Below, piece after piece: positions 9,018 through 16,364 of a stretch of DNA of 20,000 bases. The translations under genes were made by a program, and so were the position numbers. Positions within the stretch are counted from its first letter, which is position 1; each line of letters begins with the position of its first letter. The notes below the pieces were generated by a model. The model was not told where the DNA came from and made no database searches. It worked only from the letters and a program-made list of their open reading frames with translations. The stretch is from an uncultured virus (IMG/VR IMGVR_UViG_3300030107_007281) (lineage: Duplodnaviria > Heunggongvirae > Uroviricota > Caudoviricetes). The stretch is taken from IMG/VR virus record IMGVR_UViG_3300030107_007281. One strand, 5' to 3'.

Positions 9018-9781
9018 TTACAATGCTCGGACTTTCTAAAATCACATCTGTCGCAAGACAGCCGGTTCTTAAATTTTATCTGACGATTTATATTTGATAA
9101 AGCTTTCAACAACAATTCACTAGCATTTTCAGTTTTACGAGGGCCAGATGTTACTCGAAAAAATTCAACATTATCTGATTTTGCTGTTCTTTTTAAGAGT
9201 GCAAAATGTGTCTCTACTAAGCTTGGATCAATATCATACTTCTGACAGAAGAATTTCTTATACAGGGTCAACTGATATGTTGTAATTCTATCAGTTTTTC
9301 TCTCGGCATTCCAGCCCCATGAACACGACTTCCAATCAACAATATGATACTTACCATCTTCTGTTTTTGCGACGAAATCAATGAACCCTTTAAAATTATA
9401 TTCAGCATCTTCAAAATTTTCGATTTTTTCGAACAATTGTTCCTCAACGGACACAACTTCAAAATTTCCGAAGTAGGATTCGACCGCAGGTATGACTTCG
9501 GGTGAAATTCTGTTAGCTTGTGACAACATCTCCATTACCAATTCAGGCTTTGAAATAGGAACTTTTTTAAGTTCGGATCTGAATACATGTTGAAAATATT
9601 CTTCGTAGTTTTCTTCGGGTAATTTACCAAGCAAAGCATTTTCACAAAGACTGTGAATTGCGCCTCCAAACGCCGTGTATTCATTCCCGATAAATCCTTT
9701 GATTTTGTCAATATACATAAGTTTGTGCTTAAACGGACATTCAGCCCAAATTTTGAGTTCTGAAAAAGATATGTGAGGCAT
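9014..9781 (-). CDS. Cas4-like PD-(D/E)XK exonuclease with Fe-S cysteines
   Basis: ISFSEL...ECP, FG.AIH, E...GFIDFV...IVDWKS, QL.LY, C-terminal CDRCDFRKSEHC (1+3 Cys). Start set to ATG 9781 behind SD GGAGGGG. Confidence 0.88.
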   Translation of the reverse strand: MPHISFSELKIWAECPFKHKLMYIDKIKGFIGNEYTAFGGAIHSLCENALLGKLPEENYEEYFQHVFRSELKKVPISKPELVMEMLSQANRISPEVIPAVESYFGNFEVVSVEEQLFEKIENFEDAEYNFKGFIDFVAKTEDGKYHIVDWKSCSWGWNAERKTDRITTYQLTLYKKFFCQKYDIDPSLVETHFALLKRTAKSDNVEFFRVTSGPRKTENASELLLKALSNINRQIKFKNRLSCDRCDFRKSEHCK

Positions 9782-9782
9782 A

Positions 9783-10454
9783 TTACCCCTCCAAGTCAAA
9801 GAGTTCTTCTAGTCGTGTGAATAGCGTTGGACACATTTGTTTTACTGTTTTGCGTTCTCCTTGGACATAATATTCAAAACCAACGGCGAAATATTCTCTT
9901 AGATCAGTCACAGAATATGGGGATATAAAAAGCCCGATTATTAAATTCCATAGTAAATTATATCCTACTTCCTTATAAAGATAATCGTCTATATCTTGAT
10001 CAAATTCTACTGTTGTTTGAAGTTCAACAGGTGGACTTTGTTTTTGGGCTTTGAGAAGAAAATATAATTTTTTTCTCTTTCCAAGAAACTCGTTCATCAT
10101 CTTACCGTCAGAATAAATAAAGTCACTATATCTCTCCTCCAAAGAGTGAGAAATTTCGTGAATGATATCCTCTATGATATCTTGCTCATCTTCTTGTACG
10201 TTGGTTATATAAATTGCACCCTTGTCATAAAGAGCACTAATTTCTCTTTGATTGAGAAAGTCAAATTGACCAACATAAATGATATCAATACCAGACATTA
10301 AATAAGAAGGAATCTTGCTTGCAACTTGTTTTAAACAAAAATCAAAATCAAGATCATTAGTAAATTTGTCTTTTATGAAAACATCTATATCGTGCAATTT
10401 ATAATGATCCTTTAAAATCTTGGATTTCTTGATCGACTCTTTAATCCAGTTCAT
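9783..10454 (-). CDS. HExxH zincin-like metallopeptidase domain protein
   Basis: IIHEISH (10146-10160) and downstream YS....REYFAVGFE supplying a third-ligand Glu; SD GGAG. Confidence 0.7.
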   Translation of the reverse strand: MNWIKESIKKSKILKDHYKLHDIDVFIKDKFTNDLDFDFCLKQVASKIPSYLMSGIDIIYVGQFDFLNQREISALYDKGAIYITNVQEDEQDIIEDIIHEISHSLEERYSDFIYSDGKMMNEFLGKRKKLYFLLKAQKQSPPVELQTTVEFDQDIDDYLYKEVGYNLLWNLIIGLFISPYSVTDLREYFAVGFEYYVQGERKTVKQMCPTLFTRLEELFDLEG

Positions 10455-10475
10455 AAATACAACTCCATTATCTTT

Positions 10476-10504
10476 ATTATACTACGATAGTGTAACTTTG
10501 TCAA
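10476..10504 (-). promoter_or_regulatory. Consensus sigma70-type promoter
   Basis: Minus strand TTGACA(10504-10499)-17 nt-TATAAT(10481-10476) in the intergenic gap, 21 nt before the ATG at 10454. Confidence 0.9.
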
Positions 10505-10517
10505 GACAAAAGCACCT

Positions 10518-11153
10518 TTACTTACAAATATCTAAGTAACAAGCTGATTTATCAACAATATAGGCACCAATTGCTGCTTGTCTAATATCGAATGGGCGAA
10601 TTAAAGGTGGGATCTCTTGCATCTCTGGTGGCCACATTTCAAATATTTCTCTTGTTGCTGATGATCCAAAAGCTCCTTGTTCTTTTACTTTGGTAAGTTT
10701 CCATCTAGGTTGCCACCTGATAGTTCCCCATCGAGTTCTGGATCCATGACCCAACTGTCGTCCATCTTGATCATATAACTTCATAGTAATTGTAGAATAC
10801 TTGTTTCCAACCAACACAATTGTTCTTAAGGTCCAATGATTGTTTACAGCACCACATGAAACAGCATCAGAATAATCGCATGTTTGGAAATTTGGAATAT
10901 GTTTAACATTAGTCCAATCGTATGTGTTGATTGTTCCATTCCACTTGTTAGGATTAGAATGATGTTGTAAAGAATGTTTTAACATGCCTGTACTTTGGGC
11001 TACATCAGCTACCAAAATATTTAAGGGCACAGAGGTTCCAGATTTGCCACTTGGGTCATGTACCTCCGTCAAATCAACATAAATTTGAACGTTTTGCTCG
11101 GTGACACCTGTCTGTGCAAACACCAGAGACATAAAAAACATAATAATAAACAT
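10518..11153 (-). CDS. Hypothetical exported protein
   Basis: Hydrophobic N-terminus MFIIMFFMSLVFA|QT resembling a short Sec signal; SD AGGAG; four Cys. Confidence 0.6.
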   Translation of the reverse strand: MFIIMFFMSLVFAQTGVTEQNVQIYVDLTEVHDPSGKSGTSVPLNILVADVAQSTGMLKHSLQHHSNPNKWNGTINTYDWTNVKHIPNFQTCDYSDAVSCGAVNNHWTLRTIVLVGNKYSTITMKLYDQDGRQLGHGSRTRWGTIRWQPRWKLTKVKEQGAFGSSATREIFEMWPPEMQEIPPLIRPFDIRQAAIGAYIVDKSACYLDICK

Positions 11154-11162
11154 AAAGAACTC

Positions 11163-12482
11163 CTATAAAATCTTTGCTGCTTCTGTCGCGATTCTTGATC
11201 GCTCTCCTTTCTTAAAGGTTATATGACCAGCCAAATCCGACTCTTTAAATTTCTCAATAGCATAAGCCAATCCATTTGAGGTCTCGTTGGTATAAACATT
11301 ATCGATCTGTTCTATATCCCCTGTGAGGACGATCTTCGTGTTTTCTCCGACCCTTGTTATGATTGTCTTGACTTCATGAGCGGTTAAATTTTGAGCTTCG
11401 TCGATGATTATATAGGCATTAGAAATAGATCGGCCCCGAATATATGTTAAAGCTTCAATTTCAATTTGACCCTTCTCCATAAACGACTGTAACATAGTTC
11501 TATCATTACCAAGAATTAACTGGAGATTATCTTGAATTGGTTTTAACCACGGAAGCATTTTTTCTTCCATTGTTCCCGGCAAGAAGCCAATATCTTTTCC
11601 AAGCGGCTGAACCGGACGAGATACAAGAACTCTTTTATATCTGTTGTCTCTCATGCCAAGTGTTTGTTCAATAGCTGCTGCAAGAGCAACCAGAGTTTTT
11701 CCACTACCTGCTTTGCCAATCAAAGTGACAAGCGGAATGTTTTCATCAAAGAGTAAATCATATGAAAAAGCTTGTTCTTTATTGCGAGGGGCGATTCCCC
11801 AGCTTAGGTCTCGTTTTTCACCTATGATCTTTTCAAGGGGTAGGTTATATCCTTTGAAGCAACAAAGTGCCGTTTTTTTGGGGTTGGCGGACGATTGAAG
11901 CATAATAAATTGATGTTTGTACAATTTGACTTTCAAAGTTTCGTCCAAATAGATATCTTCATCATCATAGAATTGATCGATCATTTGATCATCAACAACG
12001 ATTTCCGCATATCCAGAATACAGTTTGTTTCGATCATCGACCACCTGCTCTGTAATATAATTCTGTGATAATAATCCAATAGAATCAGCGATAACTCTCA
12101 TGTTAATATCGCGAGACACAACAATAACTTTTTTCTTTGGATTTTCTTCTTTGATTTTCAACGCTGTTGCAAGAATCTCATTATCTGGTATTGTTGGGTC
12201 AAGGTCTCTTGGAAGATCAGAGGTGGACGAAACTACTTGCAAAATACCCTTACCTTTTTCGATACGAATACCAGAGGATAACGTCCCTTTCTCTCGTAAG
12301 TTATCAAGGTGTTTGATAATCATACGAGCATTAAATCCTACGGAGTCTTGTCTCTTTTTATGTCTATCAATTTCTTCCAAAACTTTAATTGGAATGATAA
12401 TATCATTGTTCTCAAACTTAAATAAACAATCTGCATCCGAGAGAAATACTGATGTATCTATTACATAAAATTTTTTCGCCAT
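11163..12482 (-). CDS. phoH: PIN-PhoH (PhoH2/YlaK-type) ATPase
   Basis: PIN: VIDTSV, VLEEID, DNEIL, VSRDINMRV. PhoH: PRNKEQ, GKAGSGKT, GFLPG, YIRGRS, IIIDEAQN, LTGDIEQID, ERS. Confidence 0.95.
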   Translation of the reverse strand: MAKKFYVIDTSVFLSDADCLFKFENNDIIIPIKVLEEIDRHKKRQDSVGFNARMIIKHLDNLREKGTLSSGIRIEKGKGILQVVSSTSDLPRDLDPTIPDNEILATALKIKEENPKKKVIVVSRDINMRVIADSIGLLSQNYITEQVVDDRNKLYSGYAEIVVDDQMIDQFYDDEDIYLDETLKVKLYKHQFIMLQSSANPKKTALCCFKGYNLPLEKIIGEKRDLSWGIAPRNKEQAFSYDLLFDENIPLVTLIGKAGSGKTLVALAAAIEQTLGMRDNRYKRVLVSRPVQPLGKDIGFLPGTMEEKMLPWLKPIQDNLQLILGNDRTMLQSFMEKGQIEIEALTYIRGRSISNAYIIIDEAQNLTAHEVKTIITRVGENTKIVLTGDIEQIDNVYTNETSNGLAYAIEKFKESDLAGHITFKKGERSRIATEAAKIL

Positions 12483-12521
12483 TGTGATTCCTTTTGTTTT
12501 GTTACATCACACCTTAAATAG

Positions 12522-12548
12522 AAAAAAAGGAGGGTTTTTACCCTCCTT
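12522..12548 (-). terminator. Intrinsic (Rho-independent) terminator
   Basis: Minus strand AAGGAGGG-TAAAAA-CCCTCCTT followed by TTTTT, 4 nt after the stop at 12553. Confidence 0.88.
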
Positions 12549-12552
12549 CGAT

Positions 12553-12804
12553 TTAATTTAAAAATTCATTTGGTTTTGTCTTCGATAATAAAAACTGAAC
12601 TAAACTTTCTAACTCTGGTTCCCTTGACACATAATAACCCATCGTTACGACGGATGCTATCTCATGTAAAGACATACCAGAATGTCCAGCTTTTCTACCA
12701 GCCATGATAAGATCATTTATCATTTTAGACATCTCGCCAGTATCGTCTTCCATTGCTTTTTGAATTAAATCTTCCATTACGGAAAAATCAAATGTCGATT
12801 CCAT
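12553..12804 (-). CDS. Hypothetical protein
   Basis: 83 aa, strong SD AAGGAGG, followed by the terminator. Confidence 0.7.
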   Translation of the reverse strand: MESTFDFSVMEDLIQKAMEDDTGEMSKMINDLIMAGRKAGHSGMSLHEIASVVTMGYYVSREPELESLVQFLLSKTKPNEFLN

Positions 12805-13255
12805 TTATCCTCCTTTTCCCCCAAGTTGTTTTGTTCACAAGAGCCGAAGAAGATTGTATTTTTCCACCGCCAACATTCCAGAGCATCTCAACACCTATTT
12901 CTTCACACACTTTCATTTCTGGTGTGGTATTATAAATGCGATCTCCTCCGTTGGCAAAATAATCTATATCATATTCTTCTTTCAAATATCTCAAAGTGTT
13001 ACAAACTGTGTTGTCTTCTTCTTCCACGGTTGGAACCACCATAGAAACTCCTTTGATTGCCATAAGAATTTCGGCTCTTTCTTCCCAAGGCATAAAACGA
13101 TAGCCTTTCTTTTCTATAAGCCACTCATCGCTGTTTAAAACAACAACCACTTCACCATCTTTGGAAGCATCAAGAATCATCCTAACATGACCAACATGAA
13201 CAGGATCCATACCTCCCGAAACAACGACGGTTTTCTTCTCTTTATATTCAGACAT
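12788..13255 (-). CDS. Cytidylyltransferase-like (HxGH) nucleotidyltransferase (TagD/RibL/HldE-adenylyltransferase-like)
   Basis: SGGMDPVHVGH, LNSDEWL..KKG..FMPWEER, FANGGDR, KIQSSS. Start moved to ATG 13255 behind SD AGGAG. Confidence 0.88.
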   Translation of the reverse strand: MSEYKEKKTVVVSGGMDPVHVGHVRMILDASKDGEVVVVLNSDEWLIEKKGYRFMPWEERAEILMAIKGVSMVVPTVEEEDNTVCNTLRYLKEEYDIDYFANGGDRIYNTTPEMKVCEEIGVEMLWNVGGGKIQSSSALVNKTTWGKRRINGIDI

Positions 13256-13263
13256 TTTTTCTC

Positions 13264-13761
13264 CTAAAATAAAAATGGTTCCCATATATCTGGGATTTTA
13301 ATGTTTCTATACAAATCGGTAATTTTAACGTAAGGGAATATTGGCTCATTTAGTGGTTTCATATTTGCTTCTTCGAGCGTTTTACTTCCCTTTTTATTGT
13401 TGCATTTATGACAGGATGAAACAATATTACACCATGTGCGGTGGCCGCCTTTTGACTTAGGAATAACATGATCCATCGTTAATTTACCATAACTAAATTT
13501 TTTCGCACAATATTGACAAATATAATCATCTCTCCAAAAAACATTTTTTCTGTTACACGGAAGTGTAAGCCTTCTCTTACTAATATATGAATCAAGAACA
13601 ATTACTGCTGGGTATTTTTCATTTTTAAGCGGACCCAGTTCATAAGATTTAACTGCTTTTGCTCGACCTGTCCAAGCCATAATAAATCCACGACTTGCCG
13701 AGATAATATCAATCGGCTTCCAAGCAGCATCTAATTTTAGGGTGTACAATTGTTCTTCCAC
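13264..13761 (-). CDS. HNH endonuclease (McrA-like)
   Basis: RDDYICQYC...LTMDHVIPKSKGG..TWCNIVSSCHKCNNKKG; GTG start. Confidence 0.92.
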   Translation of the reverse strand: MEEQLYTLKLDAAWKPIDIISASRGFIMAWTGRAKAVKSYELGPLKNEKYPAVIVLDSYISKRRLTLPCNRKNVFWRDDYICQYCAKKFSYGKLTMDHVIPKSKGGHRTWCNIVSSCHKCNNKKGSKTLEEANMKPLNEPIFPYVKITDLYRNIKIPDIWEPFLF

Positions 13762-13776
13762 ATAATAAAATAGTTT

Positions 13777-14127
13777 TCACTTCTCCTTCTTTTTGGAATT
13801 TTTATCATTACCTTTTAAGATTTTACCAGTTTGAGATTCTAGCGGCAGCTTTTCTTTCATGGTTGTTTCTAAACTAAAATTCTCAACAAAACTTATTAGC
13901 TCGTTATATGCTCTCTTATAATCAGGCTCCATAACTACTTCTGTTTTGCCACCATGGCCATGCACAGCAGTTACTTCACCAATGCTATCATAAATTGTTA
14001 CGGAGGGGTGTTCTGAAAGCCAAGTTAGAGCAACCTTTCCATTATCAAAGATAAACCCTTGGGCAATTCTTCCTGTACCGCTTACACCTGATTCATCTTC
14101 AACTCTTTTTAAATAAAACATTTTCAT
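13777..14127 (-). CDS. Conserved phage-type hypothetical protein
   Basis: R..DESGVSGTG..AQG..F.NG...W...HGHGGKT pattern; SD GAGGG. Confidence 0.7.
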   Translation of the reverse strand: MKMFYLKRVEDESGVSGTGRIAQGFIFDNGKVALTWLSEHPSVTIYDSIGEVTAVHGHGGKTEVVMEPDYKRAYNELISFVENFSLETTMKEKLPLESQTGKILKGNDKNSKKKEK

Positions 14128-14146
14128 TCTTTAATCCCTCGTAATA

Positions 14147-14222
<76 letters not shown>

Positions 14223-14223
14223 A

Positions 14224-14604
14224 TTAGATCCACTCAAAATCTGGTATCTTTGGTTTCTTCTCTGGTTTAACTTCGGTAGTTTTCCTTTTAACTTCCATGA
14301 AGGTTATGAAATGAATTATCTCTGATAGAGCATCATAAAAACCATCATCAGTTATAGGAATAACATACATCAAACCACTGTCTATTTCAACTGAGACCAT
14401 TGGATCATACCATAGTGTTTCGATTGTTATCCTTGATTCTTCAATATAACTTCTCAATTTCCCCTTTTTATTTATAAATCTGTGTAGATCTACTAAAAAT
14501 TTTAACTCTGCTATTTTATTTGGTGCGTCAATATCTATACCATATTTTAAGATTGATCTAATAGTTTCTATTATTTCAGACTTGTGTATTGGTTCTTGAT
14601 CCAT
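14224..14604 (-). CDS. Hypothetical protein
   Basis: 126 aa ORF filling the gap between PMM and the tRNA in operon orientation. Confidence 0.65.
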   Translation of the reverse strand: MDQEPIHKSEIIETIRSILKYGIDIDAPNKIAELKFLVDLHRFINKKGKLRSYIEESRITIETLWYDPMVSVEIDSGLMYVIPITDDGFYDALSEIIHFITFMEVKRKTTEVKPEKKPKIPDFEWI

Positions 14605-14612
14605 TTAGTCAC

Positions 14613-15491
14613 TCATGTGGTGTCGCAATTTATCAGTTTTGGTATAATTTGCTCATCAATAATTAGTCTTGTTTGTGAAGTATTCTCTGTTTTAAATGAA
14701 TGTCCTTCATCAAAAAGAAATTCATATAATTCTTGATCATTACCGCCGTCTTCACATTTGTCTCCCACAAACCATGTTTTCCAGCCATCAAAATGAGACA
14801 AACAATATCTTTTGTCCCAACCGTTGGGGTAAATATCAAAAGACGTAGAGCCACCAAATTTTATCGTTATATGTTTTAAAATACCTTTATGACGCAGTGT
14901 TCTTTCAAGTTGTTCTTTTAATTGTTCTCTATAAGTTCTTTCATATGCTGTGTCGTAATGAACGAAAAATTTTCTCTGCTCTTCATTTGCATTTCTTCCA
15001 ATTGGACACCAGTTTATCATCGAACCACGATAAGAGATAAAATGACCAGTTAATGGCAAATAATGAAGATCAATAGCAGATTGAGCTTCTATCAGAGAGA
15101 TCATTAAATTTTTAAAAGTCCCATGATCAAGTGTTTCCTTCATACTAACTTCGGAGACCAACTTAAAGTTGTTGAATTCACACTCTGGCGGTTTATAATA
15201 TTTTGTACCATTACAGGGTAATAAATGCAGTTTAGTTCTGAGTTGTTTATGGTTCAGAAGAAACTCTAATTGTTGTTCAATATAATCCAAATCACTACCG
15301 GTAACAATACCAATATCGGCATACTGTGATAAATTAATGAGAGAGGGTGTAAGATCTTGATCAAATGGCTTACGAGGGTATGTTAATGTGCCATCCATAT
15401 CGAACAGAATTATTTTGTTTGTTTGTTGCTTATTGTTATTTTTTTGTTGTTCTCGGTCTTTCAACCAAGTAATTCTTTTTCCGTAAGACAC
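14613..15491 (-). CDS. pmm: Eukaryote-type phosphomannomutase (HAD IIB, PMM1/PMM2/Sec53-like)
   Basis: LFDMDGTLT..R, GIVTGSD, YRGSMINWCPIGR, GGSTSFDIYPNGWDKRYCL, FVGDK...GGNDQEL match the PMM signature series; GTG start with SD GAGAGGG. Confidence 0.92.
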   Translation of the reverse strand: MSYGKRITWLKDREQQKNNNKQQTNKIILFDMDGTLTYPRKPFDQDLTPSLINLSQYADIGIVTGSDLDYIEQQLEFLLNHKQLRTKLHLLPCNGTKYYKPPECEFNNFKLVSEVSMKETLDHGTFKNLMISLIEAQSAIDLHYLPLTGHFISYRGSMINWCPIGRNANEEQRKFFVHYDTAYERTYREQLKEQLERTLRHKGILKHITIKFGGSTSFDIYPNGWDKRYCLSHFDGWKTWFVGDKCEDGGNDQELYEFLFDEGHSFKTENTSQTRLIIDEQIIPKLINCDTT

Positions 15492-15521
15492 TTACACCCT
15501 CTCAAATTAATGATTAAATAT

Positions 15522-15550
15522 ATTATAACATATTGAGATATTTATGTCAA
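15522..15550 (-). promoter_or_regulatory. Consensus sigma70-type promoter upstream of pmm
   Basis: Minus strand TTGACA(15550-15545)-17 nt-TATAAT(15527-15522) with extended -10 TG and an AT-rich upstream tract. Confidence 0.9.
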
Positions 15551-15557
15551 ATAAAAA

Positions 15558-15652
15558 TAACCACAAACTAACTGAAAACGATATAAAAAAGCATCACCCC
15601 CCGTTATAGTGTCAATACTAGTCGTTTTTTCTATTGAAGTTAGTTGTGGTTA
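15558..15652 (-). repeat. Long imperfect inverted repeat (RNA hairpin followed by U-tract)
   Basis: 15558-15573 taaccacaaactaact pairs with 15638-15652 agttagttgtggtta (one bulge); inner 15575-15581 aaaacga pairs with 15622-15628 tcgtttt. Confidence 0.7.
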
Positions 15653-15992
15653 AATCTATTTTAAATTTCTTTATTTCTTTTCTCAGGTCACTTTCATTTA
15701 TTCCAAGAAATGAAGCAGCATCACCGTAAGTACGAGTTGCTGAGAGAGCAAACCTTAAACATGCTTCTTTAGTAATATATTTAATAGATTTATATATAGG
15801 AAAATTATATAATTTATTATTAATATATAAAGAAGCTAATTCTAATCTTAATCCAATAATCTCTTCTAAAGTCAAACTAGATAACATTATTTCAAAATCA
15901 TCAGTTATCTTTTTTTCTTTTTTTAACTTTTTTCTTAGAGAGTATTCGTTGTTGCGACCTTTATATTCTCTTAATTTCTTTTTCCAAGACAT
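15618..15992 (-). CDS. Basic protein with C-terminal Fis-like helix-turn-helix
   Basis: FALSATRTYGDAASFLGINESDLRKEIKKFKI resembles the Fis/HTH_8 pattern AL......AA..LGI....L..KL. Confidence 0.6.
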   Translation of the reverse strand: MSWKKKLREYKGRNNEYSLRKKLKKEKKITDDFEIMLSSLTLEEIIGLRLELASLYINNKLYNFPIYKSIKYITKEACLRFALSATRTYGDAASFLGINESDLRKEIKKFKIDLTTTNFNRKND

Positions 15993-15998
15993 ATTACA

Positions 15999-16316
15999 CT
16001 AACTTTGAAGCTTATCTAATGCTCTTTGTAATTGTATCCTAGCTTCACCTGTTTGCATTAGAGATAAAGCAGTATCTACAAATTGACTAAAAAGCGTTAT
16101 TTCATTTTTTGACAAACCAGACATCCCTCCAATATCTTTTCTTAATTGTTCAAATTTTTGTTTCAATTGAGTTTTTGTTTCTTCCGATTCTTGTTCTTCA
16201 TCGGTTGCTTCTTCTTCTTCTTCTTCTTCTTCACCAGTGTCATCAATGCCGGGTAAATCATATTCTTTCATTTGTTCTAAGATAATAGATTTTAATAATT
16301 TTTTTGTTAATTTCAT
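15999..16316 (-). CDS. Small acidic hypothetical protein
   Basis: 105 aa, SD AAGGA, N-terminal MKLTKKLLKSIILEQM, poly-Glu tract. Confidence 0.75.
   Translation of the reverse strand: MKLTKKLLKSIILEQMKEYDLPGIDDTGEEEEEEEEATDEEQESEETKTQLKQKFEQLRKDIGGMSGLSKNEITLFSQFVDTALSLMQTGEARIQLQRALDKLQS
16209..16232 (-). repeat. (GAA)8 trinucleotide repeat encoding Glu8
   Basis: Eight perfect ttc units on the + strand. Confidence 0.9.
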
Positions 16317-16334
16317 TATTTTATTCCTTTTTTC

Positions 16335-16362
16335 TTGACAAATAATCTACATCAGTTATAAT
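16335..16362 (+). promoter_or_regulatory. Consensus sigma70-type promoter in antisense orientation
   Basis: Plus strand TTGACA(16335-16340)-16 nt-TATAAT(16357-16362) in a 48 nt intergenic gap; no credible + strand gene downstream. Confidence 0.7.
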
Positions 16363-16364
16363 AT

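Noticed and set aside
9014..9781. CRISPR-Cas system suggested by the Cas4-like gene
   Set aside because: No repeat-spacer array and no cas1/cas2 or effector genes were seen in the window.
13264..13761. HNH as an intron-encoded homing endonuclease
   Set aside because: Flanking genes are intact and abut it closely, leaving no room for intron structure; it looks like a free-standing McrA-like HNH.
15587..15615. Additional minus-strand TTGACA at 15615-15610
   Set aside because: No -10 element at 16-18 nt spacing; it lies inside the hairpin loop.
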